Below, piece after piece: positions 1 to 8,758 of a stretch of 64,000 bases of DNA. Source of the DNA: Escherichia phage vB_EcoM_3HA14. Numbering within the stretch: the first letter of the stretch is position 1; each line of letters starts with the position of its first letter. The translations under genes and the position numbers were made by a program. The notes beneath the pieces are model-generated. The model worked only from the letters and a program-made list of their open reading frames with translations, did not search any database and was not told where the DNA came from. Location of the stretch: the sequence record MN342151.1. One strand, given 5' to 3'.

Positions 1-2373
1 TTAATCCCAGCATACAGTGTCTTCTGGAATGCTCTTAGTATCAAAACCTAAGAACTTACCAACTTCAACGGGTGATACTTTATTCCAATCCAGATTAGAA
101 AGCAAGAAGTTTTCTTTACGGCGTTTCTCAAAGTAATCTTTGAACTTGCTTTCAAGACGCTTCTTAGCATTATCCAGAACCTTTCTTGGCTTACAAGAAC
201 CTCTCATATTCCTGCGAATGGTATCAAGAGTACTGGTAATATCTTTGTAAGCAACTGGTGCAGCAGTATATGCCAAGCGTCCAAACATTGCTTCTATAGC
301 CTCTTCATTCCCCTCTAAGAAAATAGTCTTCTTAAAGTCTTTACTGTAAATGTGGCCTCTGGACTTACGCTTATCAGCAAACATAAAGTTTCGAGAAATC
401 ACATTACAATCAGTGATATCATGATTATTAGTCATATATTGGTGAGTCAAGAAACGATGATACTCAATCCAATGTGTAGCATCAATGAAATCTTTCATCA
501 CTTGTTCATTGACTTCTGTCCAGTCTTCAGGAATCTTTTTCCAGTTGGCTTTACGGAAGACATAAACTGACTGTCCAGTTAACTCTGTCATCAACGTTGC
601 AGCACGTTCTGGTGAACATGAGAAGATTCCACCAATCACTTCATCACTCTGTGCTTTGATATAGAGTTGTGGTTCTTCAATCTCATCAAAGTTCTCTTTA
701 ACCTCTGTATAGCGAATTATGTCAGTGTTTGGACATATAAATGCTTTATACAGTTTTACAACACCACGTACAATAGTACGTTTCTCATAGTGGTGCTCTT
801 TAGATGACATTGTATGCACACTTAACAGACTCTTGTCAAGCATATGCAAATCTACAAACTCATCAAATTGCTGCTGACTGCTGAACAAGAAAGCAATACC
901 ATTGTAGCGACGGAAGTTAGAGTCTTCCTGTTCACGGTCACGGCAAGCTCCACGTATAATCTGGTTTTTACCAGTTGTCTTTTCAGACCCGTTCTTGTTT
1001 CGACGGTCATTGATAAGGAACAAATAGTTGCTCAACTTATCTTTACTCATTGCACCAAAGATACTAAACATTGCTGCATCTTGTGAATAAGTTGCTGAAG
1101 TTGCTCGAATACGGTTCTCCAGACTGCTGTACTTGTAGTATGCTACAGGTTCATACAGGTTACCAATATTAGGAACTGGATTACCATCTTTGTCAAGCCT
1201 CAAGTTACCTGCATCATCTTTCAAGAATGACGGAGAACCATCTGCTTCAGTTAACTGACCACGACGGATACCTAACAGTTTTTGTTCAAGCTTTTTCAAG
1301 TTCTGGCCTTGCCATTCCAGAGAATCTTGGACGTGAATAAAGATTTCACGAGCCTCCTTCCTCATGGTATCATAGGCTTGAGCAGCATCAATCAGAGTTG
1401 GCTTGTTAGCAATCTCTTTTACCACATCTTCTACGATTGTCTTAGTGATTTTCTTCACAGCTTCAACAATCTTGGTCTTAGTGGTCTCATTCATCTGCAA
1501 TGCTTCACGAGATGCAGCAATAGCCACTGAACCAATTGGCATGTAGATGTTAACAAGGTCTACAGCACTACGGAAGAACTGAGGCAGAATGCTTGTAAAC
1601 TCTGAACCAAGCAACTCACCCATTTCAACAGGATAAGCAATATTACCCATGATTACATTGAAATGGACACTGTTACTATTTGAACGCCAGTTCTCTTTGT
1701 ACTTCATTGCATCATAGACACCATCTTCACGAGAAATGGAAGTCATTGCTTCAAGAATGTCATAGTACTCAACATTACACTCTGGCTTAACTTTAAAGTA
1801 CGAGTATACATTGCTCGCTTCTTCATGAAACTTGTTGATACGGTTATCGGATACCGCTACTCGAACAGCTAAACCATTTGGCTCTGTAGTTGGGTTAGTA
1901 GTCAACTTAGTTACTTGAGGGATACCATTCTCAAGGTAAACTGAGTATTTGTTAACTACACCATCAACATAGCTTGATACAGTGAATGACTGAGCAATTG
2001 CAAAAGGTGACTTTGAACCGATACCCATAGCACCAATGTAGTCGTTTGAATCGTTCTTTGTAGATTCTCCATAGGTCATGTAAAGTTTCATAACTTTATC
2101 ATGAGTCAGCCCTGTACCAAAGTCACGAACTTCAAAGAATGGCTCGAAACGAGTTGGTAAGTGAACCAAGAAAGGTTTATCAACGTTACCAGAATCAATG
2201 TGAGCATCTACTGCGTTACATGACAATTCACGAATTACAGCACGTTCTTTATATGTGTAAACACCTGAGCTTAGAAGACTGAACATTTCAGGTGTCATCT
2301 TAATCTGAGCCTGAGAGGTTTCCAGTGTACTTGAGCTTTTAATTACCGTTGCGTGGTCATTTACCATGCGCAT
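1..2373 (-). CDS. rIIA: rIIA-like protein (GHKL/HATPase-type N-terminal domain)
   Basis: 790 aa ORF; N-terminal motifs RELxxNAVDAH, RDFGTG, GxGSKSPF collinear with T4 rIIA; ATG at 2371-2373 with AAGGAG about 9 nt upstream; stop at window position 1-3. Confidence 0.85.
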   Translation of the reverse strand: MRMVNDHATVIKSSSTLETSQAQIKMTPEMFSLLSSGVYTYKERAVIRELSCNAVDAHIDSGNVDKPFLVHLPTRFEPFFEVRDFGTGLTHDKVMKLYMTYGESTKNDSNDYIGAMGIGSKSPFAIAQSFTVSSYVDGVVNKYSVYLENGIPQVTKLTTNPTTEPNGLAVRVAVSDNRINKFHEEASNVYSYFKVKPECNVEYYDILEAMTSISREDGVYDAMKYKENWRSNSNSVHFNVIMGNIAYPVEMGELLGSEFTSILPQFFRSAVDLVNIYMPIGSVAIAASREALQMNETTKTKIVEAVKKITKTIVEDVVKEIANKPTLIDAAQAYDTMRKEAREIFIHVQDSLEWQGQNLKKLEQKLLGIRRGQLTEADGSPSFLKDDAGNLRLDKDGNPVPNIGNLYEPVAYYKYSSLENRIRATSATYSQDAAMFSIFGAMSKDKLSNYLFLINDRRNKNGSEKTTGKNQIIRGACRDREQEDSNFRRYNGIAFLFSSQQQFDEFVDLHMLDKSLLSVHTMSSKEHHYEKRTIVRGVVKLYKAFICPNTDIIRYTEVKENFDEIEEPQLYIKAQSDEVIGGIFSCSPERAATLMTELTGQSVYVFRKANWKKIPEDWTEVNEQVMKDFIDATHWIEYHRFLTHQYMTNNHDITDCNVISRNFMFADKRKSRGHIYSKDFKKTIFLEGNEEAIEAMFGRLAYTAAPVAYKDITSTLDTIRRNMRGSCKPRKVLDNAKKRLESKFKDYFEKRRKENFLLSNLDWNKVSPVEVGKFLGFDTKSIPEDTVCWD

Positions 2374-2596
2374 AAGAGTATCTCCTTAGTTGTCGATGTG
2401 GCAAACTATATAATTTTATAGATGCCACTGTCAAGTTACTTTTTAAATTTCTTTCCAGTTCCATTACAGTAAGGGCAACAATGCCCTATACCAACTACCC
2501 CAGAACCTTCACACTCATCACAAGGTTCAGTCTCTGAGAAGTACTTGCATAGTAACACTGCAATAGCAACTATACAACCGAGTGAAAGAACAATTT

Positions 2597-2944
2597 CTAA
2601 CCAATAACCTTGCATACCTTATCTCCTATAGTTCTGAATAGGACAAAACTTCTGTCATGAACAATACTCGAAGATACTGCAAAACTATTCTCAAGTATCT
2701 TTTTGTTTGGATTGTAAAATTCTTCTTGAAACAAATCAAGAGCTTCTTGATGGTTCTGTGGAAGACCTTTGATATAAACCTTCAAAGTAACCGTTGTATA
2801 AATCTCAGAAGCTAACTCTGATTGTGCTGCTTGAAACAGTTCATTGATAAACTTATGACCATCTTCATGGCGCTTGATGTTTTCCCAACGTTCTTCAATG
2901 ATTAAATTAACATTCATCTGTTTAATTTTCATAGTAATCTCCAC
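2597..2944 (-). CDS. hypothetical protein
   Basis: 115 aa ORF, no recognisable motif; follows a terminator-like hairpin. Confidence 0.45.
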   Translation of the reverse strand: MEITMKIKQMNVNLIIEERWENIKRHEDGHKFINELFQAAQSELASEIYTTVTLKVYIKGLPQNHQEALDLFQEEFYNPNKKILENSFAVSSSIVHDRSFVLFRTIGDKVCKVIG

Positions 2945-2954
2945 AAATTAAAAA

Positions 2955-2970
2955 GGCTCCCGTAGGAGCC
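2955..2970 (-). terminator. intrinsic terminator-like hairpin (GGCTCC-CGUA-GGAGCC) with U-tract on minus strand
   Basis: inverted repeat ggctcc/ggagcc followed on the minus strand by a T-run; lies just downstream of the NadV-family gene. Confidence 0.5.
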
Positions 2971-2985
2971 TCTTATCATACTGTT

Positions 2986-4803
2986 TTAAAGTTGCTTGTC
3001 AATAGTATTTCGAACATCACGCAGGTTAATGTAACCGTAAGGTTGCGAGTTGCTAAATACCAGTTTCAAAGCACTATGACAATTGTCAATTGCACCTTCA
3101 AACTCTGCAAAGCCAAAACCGTCTACAGCTACTAGCTTGTCACCATCCCACATAGGTACAACTCCACCAAAAGCAGACTTCTTAAGGCCACTGTCAGTTT
3201 TAGGGTCTTTAGCCAGCATAATTTCTTGACCATCCATCTGTGCAAGAGTTGCTTTAACAGCAAATGCAAAGGTGTCACGAGTCAGGTACTGATAGGTGTA
3301 TGAGCCTACACCAAACACTACGTTAGAACTTGCAAAACCTTTATCAGCAAGACGTAACAGAATCTCATTAGCCCTCTCCAGAGTGATAGAATCACCGTAG
3401 ATTAGCCCAATGTGCTCATCCAGTACTTTGTACCCTTTGGAGTTAACAGTGCCACCAAAGATGTTATACAGCGTGTGGATAGCTCCATCAATTTCTGCTG
3501 TTAACATACGCTTCACAGTAAACTGTCCAGTCTTCTGAGCAGTAATCAGGTTGATTGTATCAGCAGATTCAAAATCTTCTTTATCAACAACCATCTCATA
3601 ACCTTCAGAGATTAGCCAAGCAGAGAACCCAAAGCCAATATCAGACATTTCACAATTCAAGATTGTGTCATGCAGATGTGTATTGTTCGGTGCAAGCTCT
3701 TTCATGTGCTTATAGAACATTGACTTAGCAGTTTCCCATTCAATGGCTTTGTAACCTGTGACAATGTGAACAGGGTCTCCAGAGTCTGGACGGATTACCA
3801 ACTTACCATCACGATTCAGGATTACATTACGTAGCTCTGGCAGAATCTGTGTAACAGTACGCCAGAAGTTGTAAGTATCTGATACGGCACTTGCAATACC
3901 AGTTGGGTAAACTTCTGTCAGAAGGCGATGGAAAGTTTCTACCTCACCACGCCAACGCATTGCATCAAGTAAGTTGTCAGAATGCGATAGATGCCAATCA
4001 CTTACCTCTTTGTTAAGACTGTTCCATGAGATGTTTGCACACATCACAGAGTGCTCAGTAGCCGGGACAGAGTTACCAATCTCACCTACATTCATAAACT
4101 GACCATATGCACGTTTAGCTGTATATACAGCAGGGAAGCTGTCAGTACCTTTAAAACTTGTCAGGTGACCTACTGCGTTAAACGCATCATCTGTGAAGCC
4201 AGACATACCACGCATTGCAAAGTCATGACACTGCCAAGGTAAATGGAAGTCATTGTCACAGGTCTTATCAGCCCATTGCTTACAGATACGTTTGTAATGC
4301 AGTGCAATAGTTGCAATCGTACAAGCCTTCCAGATTTCAGCAGAGAAAGCATCTTCAAGATAACCAGCTACCCAATGGAATCCTTCTACAGTGTTTTTGA
4401 AGACAATCATCGGGACACGCATAGGGACAATTGTACCTTCCTCTACAGAGTAGACTTCAACAGGCAGGTAACCCAAGTCATGAAGTTCTTCCCAATGTTG
4501 ACGACCAATAGCATCTGCACCAAGGACACCATTCATGATTTCCAAGATTTCGTCAATGGCTTCTTTCTTATCACGTTCAAAGAACGTTGCATTCCAGTGG
4601 TCTACCAGATAGTCTTTTACAAAACGCTGAATACCAAAAGCTACAACACCATCAATCTCTAACGGAGAGTTAAACCATTTATCTCCACGAGGTGTTAAGT
4701 TCAACATAAGATACTGTGTAGCATCTGGATACTGATAGATATGACCCGCTTTATAAGCATCTGCATTAAGACCTGCTGGTACTGCATAGATTGATTTAGT
4801 CAT
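2986..4803 (-). CDS. nicotinamide phosphoribosyltransferase family protein (NadV-like; candidate Namat of a NAD+ reconstitution pathway)
   Basis: 605 aa; NAMPT/NadV-family features recognised by eye along the whole translation (e.g. KAGHIYQYP near N-terminus); ATG at 4801-4803; GAGAGAGAUA motif just upstream of start. Confidence 0.75.
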   Translation of the reverse strand: MTKSIYAVPAGLNADAYKAGHIYQYPDATQYLMLNLTPRGDKWFNSPLEIDGVVAFGIQRFVKDYLVDHWNATFFERDKKEAIDEILEIMNGVLGADAIGRQHWEELHDLGYLPVEVYSVEEGTIVPMRVPMIVFKNTVEGFHWVAGYLEDAFSAEIWKACTIATIALHYKRICKQWADKTCDNDFHLPWQCHDFAMRGMSGFTDDAFNAVGHLTSFKGTDSFPAVYTAKRAYGQFMNVGEIGNSVPATEHSVMCANISWNSLNKEVSDWHLSHSDNLLDAMRWRGEVETFHRLLTEVYPTGIASAVSDTYNFWRTVTQILPELRNVILNRDGKLVIRPDSGDPVHIVTGYKAIEWETAKSMFYKHMKELAPNNTHLHDTILNCEMSDIGFGFSAWLISEGYEMVVDKEDFESADTINLITAQKTGQFTVKRMLTAEIDGAIHTLYNIFGGTVNSKGYKVLDEHIGLIYGDSITLERANEILLRLADKGFASSNVVFGVGSYTYQYLTRDTFAFAVKATLAQMDGQEIMLAKDPKTDSGLKKSAFGGVVPMWDGDKLVAVDGFGFAEFEGAIDNCHSALKLVFSNSQPYGYINLRDVRNTIDKQL

Positions 4804-4847
4804 CTTTTTATCTCTCTCAAAGTGGGGCTTTTCAGCCCCTAAAGTTG

Positions 4848-5729
4848 TTATTCAATATTTGCTACGGTCACTTGTGAGAAGTGGGAAAGACCACGGTCTT
4901 TTTCATCCCCTAGTGAGTTTGTAGTGTAGATATGGTCGATACCATTGTCAAGGAGATTTTCAACACCTTTAGAGAAAATCCCATGAGTAACATAAAGCTC
5001 TACACGTTCTGCTCCAGCTTCACGAAGATACTTTGCAGCCTCGATAAAGGTTCGACCACCATCACAGATATCATCCAGAATCATAACAGTCTTACCTGTT
5101 AAGTCTACATCATCAAGGATGCGCATACCAGTGATTTCACCAGTTTTCAGGTTTCGTACCTTCGACATTGTAATATAAGGTTTCTCAACCTCTTTAGCAG
5201 CCTCTTCAGTCTTCTTAGCTGCACCTGCATCTGGAGCCACTAAGTAATCAATGCGTGGGTCACTTGCAAAGTGGACTGCTGCCTCTTTTTGAGGGAGGTT
5301 GTAGAAGCTCTTAAACAAATTCTCTGCAACATTACTGTGAGTATCCAGAGCACATACTGCATCGAACTCCATAGCATTTACAAGATTTGCAAAGACTTTA
5401 AGTGCTGCTGCATCACCTTTAAACATGTGACGGTCATAGCGAGCATTTGGTAAGAATCCAAAAAGAACAGTTTTCATGGTTGCTTTCTGAGGAATCAAGC
5501 GGTCAATAGCCTCTTTAGCCATAGCCAATGCAAAGAGTGTGTCTTTGTCATAACCTTGTACAGTGAAGATAACATTTTCAATCTTACCAGCAGCATGTTC
5601 AACAAAGCCTACTAAGTCTTCTGAGAAGTTACCACCAATCTCCCCAGAAGGGAACTGGATAATGTTGAAGGTCTCTTGATGAGAACCTTTGGAATTTGAA
5701 TTAAGTAGAACTCGAATAGTAGTTTTCAT
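4848..5729 (-). CDS. ribose-phosphate pyrophosphokinase (Prs) family protein (candidate Adps of a NAD+ reconstitution pathway)
   Basis: PRPP-binding PRTase motif VMILDDICDGGRT; ORF track start 5747 is TTG; ATG at 5727-5729 preceded by GAGAGAGAUA; immediately upstream of the NadV-family gene. Confidence 0.75.
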   Translation of the reverse strand: MKTTIRVLLNSNSKGSHQETFNIIQFPSGEIGGNFSEDLVGFVEHAAGKIENVIFTVQGYDKDTLFALAMAKEAIDRLIPQKATMKTVLFGFLPNARYDRHMFKGDAAALKVFANLVNAMEFDAVCALDTHSNVAENLFKSFYNLPQKEAAVHFASDPRIDYLVAPDAGAAKKTEEAAKEVEKPYITMSKVRNLKTGEITGMRILDDVDLTGKTVMILDDICDGGRTFIEAAKYLREAGAERVELYVTHGIFSKGVENLLDNGIDHIYTTNSLGDEKDRGLSHFSQVTVANIE

Positions 5730-5739
5730 AATATCTCTC

Positions 5740-6018
5740 TCAGTCAAAAGTTACAAATGTTACAGCCATAGCTGATTTACATTTCTTTGGGTCTACAATG
5801 TGGTAGATAACTGAACAGTTTCCTGTTCCGTCTGGTACTGGTTTTGTCCAAGTACGTTCAATATTTGGCTCTCCAAACTCTTTATAGAATCCGTTGGAGT
5901 AGTGGTCTATCATCTCAATAGCAAGTGCATCTGGGACGTGACCACGTATCATATACATCTCACTACCATTTCCAGCTTCGCTAATAAGCTCTTTGATATC
6001 CCATTGTTCTCTAGCCAT
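5740..6018 (-). CDS. hypothetical protein
   Basis: ORF 5740..6045 trimmed to internal ATG at 6016-6018 with GAGG RBS; start overlaps stop of upstream gene. Confidence 0.4.
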   Translation of the reverse strand: MAREQWDIKELISEAGNGSEMYMIRGHVPDALAIEMIDHYSNGFYKEFGEPNIERTWTKPVPDGTGNCSVIYHIVDPKKCKSAMAVTFVTFD

Positions 6019-6526
6019 GATAAGTTGCCTCATAAACTGTCTCAAGCTTCAACAAGAGTGATATTGCCAGAACTGCATATTCCCTGTCAAGCATTGGTGG
6101 CATATTATTTTTAAGATATGCTTTCTGTTCCTCCCAAGTCATCTTAGGGGCTTCTGGAAGCTTCTCTCCCTGCTTCTGGTTATCTTCTTGAGTCTGGATA
6201 AACCAGTTCGAGCAATGGTGCTCTCCACCTTTTGTCACGGGCTTATGGTGGCCTAATGTGAAAGCTTTCTTTCCAGAATATCTACAAAGCTTATTAAGGG
6301 TTGCAATAGTGTTCTTGACAACGCAGTATTCATAGAGGTTGTCAATAGTGTAATGAGGGTAGTACTGGAACAAGGCACTATCACGGAACTTACCACGATT
6401 CCAAAGCACCATGTGATTAGAATTTGAAGGGTCATACTGATGTGACTCGATGAACTCTTGACGCTCATCAAAATCAAGACGAAGAACAGACATTGCAGCA
6501 GCACGTTTCAGATTTGAATGGTACAT
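6011..6526 (-). CDS. HNH endonuclease-like protein (possible homing endonuclease)
   Basis: 171 aa; C..C...GHHKPVTKGGEHHCSNW...N pattern resembling HNH motif; weak, read by eye only. Confidence 0.3.
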   Translation of the reverse strand: MYHSNLKRAAAMSVLRLDFDERQEFIESHQYDPSNSNHMVLWNRGKFRDSALFQYYPHYTIDNLYEYCVVKNTIATLNKLCRYSGKKAFTLGHHKPVTKGGEHHCSNWFIQTQEDNQKQGEKLPEAPKMTWEEQKAYLKNNMPPMLDREYAVLAISLLLKLETVYEATYHG

Positions 6527-6545
6527 GATTTCTCCAAAATAAAAA

Positions 6546-6565
6546 GGGAACCTTTTACAGTTCCC
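6546..6565 (-). terminator. intrinsic terminator-like hairpin GGGAAC-CUGUAAAAGG-GUUCCC
   Basis: perfect inverted repeat followed on minus strand by T-run; downstream of ORF 6579..6890. Confidence 0.5.
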
Positions 6566-6578
6566 TAATCATATACGC

Positions 6579-6890
6579 TTACTGAGCTATTTTCAAGACT
6601 TTTAAGAAACCTTCCTCGCCAATTGCATCATAAACGTTTTCAGTTGGCTTGATAAGGTTGTTCAAGCATACAATTTTCTTACGCTTCTTGTCATAAGTAA
6701 GCTTCAGTTGTTTCAACTCTTTGTCATCTTCAGGGTGCTCATTGTACATCTTCACAGCTTCTTTGAAGCTAATGTAGCCACCACCTAAAGTAAGGAAACC
6801 TGTACCACAATAGTGGGAGTTGTGTTTATCAGCCATAAACTGGCACAGGATAGAAATCTGAATTTTACGAGTGTTATAAATCTTTTCCAT
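6579..6890 (-). CDS. hypothetical protein
   Basis: 103 aa ORF. Confidence 0.45.
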   Translation of the reverse strand: MEKIYNTRKIQISILCQFMADKHNSHYCGTGFLTLGGGYISFKEAVKMYNEHPEDDKELKQLKLTYDKKRKKIVCLNNLIKPTENVYDAIGEEGFLKVLKIAQ

Positions 6891-6901
6891 TTTAATAATC
6901 C

Positions 6902-7159
6902 TTACTTGCTACGTTTACGGTTGCGAGCTTTTTTAGCTGCACGTTTAATTGCTGCTGCACCAGTTTGGCGATGAGCTTGCTTCTTACCACCTTTACCACG
7001 TCCAACATGGATGTAAGGTTGCTGTTCAATCTGGCTTGCAAGAACCTGTGCAACTGCTGAAGCGTCTACTCCAACCTGCTTACCAGTCATTGAAACGATA
7101 GCTGCTGCTTTTGCCAGAGCTGCTAAGAAACCTGCTTTCATGTTTGAAAAAATTCCCAT
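6902..7159 (-). CDS. hypothetical basic protein
   Basis: 85 aa ORF, Ala-rich with Lys/Arg-rich C-terminus. Confidence 0.4.
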   Translation of the reverse strand: MGIFSNMKAGFLAALAKAAAIVSMTGKQVGVDASAVAQVLASQIEQQPYIHVGRGKGGKKQAHRQTGAAAIKRAAKKARNRKRSK

Positions 7160-7174
7160 TTTAATATCTCTCTT

Positions 7175-7495
7175 TTAAAGTTTAATACAGAACTGTTTTA
7201 GTTCTTCTTCTGTTACGGAAATTACTTTGTCATCTTCAACAATATTTGTTGCGTAGAAGTTTGACATGTGTGACTTATATTTTACTCTGAAAACTTCAAC
7301 TTCTGCAAGCTTTTTTAAAGCGTCTAGTCCGGTTGTATCAAAAAGACTCTTTGTGTACTTCTGCCAATCTTCAAGAGTGTTAGGGTTAACCTTATACTCT
7401 CCAAACAGTGAGCTATTGCAAGAGATGGTCATAATCTCACCTCTTCGAAAACCCGCTCTATTCTGCTCTCCATTGACAGTCACCTTGCCAGCCAT
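7175..7495 (-). CDS. hypothetical protein
   Basis: ORF 7175..7573 trimmed to internal ATG (7493-7495, GGAG RBS) to reduce overlap with nrdG; alternative ATG at 7430-7432 also has a GAGGTG RBS. Confidence 0.35.
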   Translation of the reverse strand: MAGKVTVNGEQNRAGFRRGEIMTISCNSSLFGEYKVNPNTLEDWQKYTKSLFDTTGLDALKKLAEVEVFRVKYKSHMSNFYATNIVEDDKVISVTEEELKQFCIKL

Positions 7496-7943
7496 ATTCT
7501 TTTCTCCAAAGTATTTGATTGTCAGACCCACGATACGGTTTGTGTGTCGGTTTAGAAGCATCATACTTACCATCTATTACCACGTCAACATATTTCATCA
7601 CTTCTAAGTTGATTTTTTCATGTAGCTGGTAACCTGTCCATAACCATATAGATTTGTCTGGGTATACGGTTTTAATCCGCTTACAGATATTTGTTACTGT
7701 CTGAACATTCCTATCATCAAGTGGCTCTCCACCAAGGATAGATAGACCACTGATTCCATCATCATTCATTATCTGCATAATGCCATAAAGGTTTGCATAA
7801 GTAAACTCTTTACCAGCATTAAACTTCCAAGATTCCTTGTTAAAACAACCTTCACAGTGATGTTTGCAGCCAGCTACAAAAAGACTGACACGAGCACCTT
7901 CACCGTTCGCTGTATCGAATTTTCGTATTTCCATGTAGTTCAT
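7458..7943 (-). CDS. nrdG: anaerobic ribonucleotide reductase activating protein (radical SAM)
   Basis: CxxxCxxC cluster (CKHHCEGC) near N-terminus, about 160 aa; ORF track start is GTG, ATG at 7941-7943 with GAGGTG RBS. Confidence 0.8.
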   Translation of the reverse strand: MNYMEIRKFDTANGEGARVSLFVAGCKHHCEGCFNKESWKFNAGKEFTYANLYGIMQIMNDDGISGLSILGGEPLDDRNVQTVTNICKRIKTVYPDKSIWLWTGYQLHEKINLEVMKYVDVVIDGKYDASKPTHKPYRGSDNQILWRKEYGWQGDCQWRAE

Positions 7944-8335
7944 TAGCACACCTCAACTTCAAAACTTACATGTTTTGTGACGTACTCTTCACAATGCTCT
8001 TTAATAAATTCCTGAAGCAGTTCATCTTCCTGAGCACGAGTCATCAAAGCAACATACTTTGGATTCATTGTTTGCTGAATACTGTAGAAAGACATGTCAC
8101 CAATTTCTGTACCATATGAATCTGACCATGTTCCAGTTACTACTAAGACTTTATCACTCAACTCCGTAGGGAGTTCAATGTCATCATCCTTTGCGTCATC
8201 AATAACAGAGTCAGTTATTAAAAGAGTACATGCTATGTAAAACTCTGAGTATTTTCTGTGAGTTTTCTCACAAGAGCCACACTCTAAAGCATAGTCTTTA
8301 AGCCAGTTCATTTGATTTTTATTTAATTTAGTCAT
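7943..8335 (-). CDS. hypothetical protein
   Basis: 130 aa ORF, ATG with AAGGAAAG RBS. Confidence 0.45.
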   Translation of the reverse strand: MTKLNKNQMNWLKDYALECGSCEKTHRKYSEFYIACTLLITDSVIDDAKDDDIELPTELSDKVLVVTGTWSDSYGTEIGDMSFYSIQQTMNPKYVALMTRAQEDELLQEFIKEHCEEYVTKHVSFEVEVC

Positions 8336-8431
8336 TTCTCTTTCCTTTCAATGTGTTGTATAAAAGCCCTAACAAGAAACCTAGTAAGACAGAGCCTACT
8401 AAGGTGACTAACAAGAATGTCTTAATCATCA

Positions 8432-8689
8432 TCAATACCACCATATTGTTTGGTTGTTATCACAAACATACAGGTACTCTGTCCCGATTTGTGGGACGAT
8501 GATTGTAGTGTTGCCTGATATGACTGTCATATAGTATAGGTAATTTCTACTCTGTGACGTTTGCTGACAATGGTTTGCAGTCATCCAAAGCTTAGTGTGG
8601 TAACTGTCATACACAGCAAAACCTATCAGAATTACTAATGCAATCCCAAGAAACCATAACCAAAATTTAGGCCAAAAATCATAGCTCAT
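8432..8689 (-). CDS. hypothetical membrane protein
   Basis: 85 aa, one hydrophobic helix (FLGIALVILIGFAVY). Confidence 0.4.
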   Translation of the reverse strand: MSYDFWPKFWLWFLGIALVILIGFAVYDSYHTKLWMTANHCQQTSQSRNYLYYMTVISGNTTIIVPQIGTEYLYVCDNNQTIWWY

Positions 8690-8758
8690 ACGTTAATTCC
8701 ATACTCAATAAAAAAGGTGATGTAAGCCTATCAAGACCTACACCACCTTGTCAACTAC

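Noticed and set aside
352-1530. Plus-strand ORFs 352..570, 844..1086 and 1282..1530 inside the rIIA gene
   Set aside because: Antisense to a long, motif-supported gene; no RBS; typical shadow ORFs.
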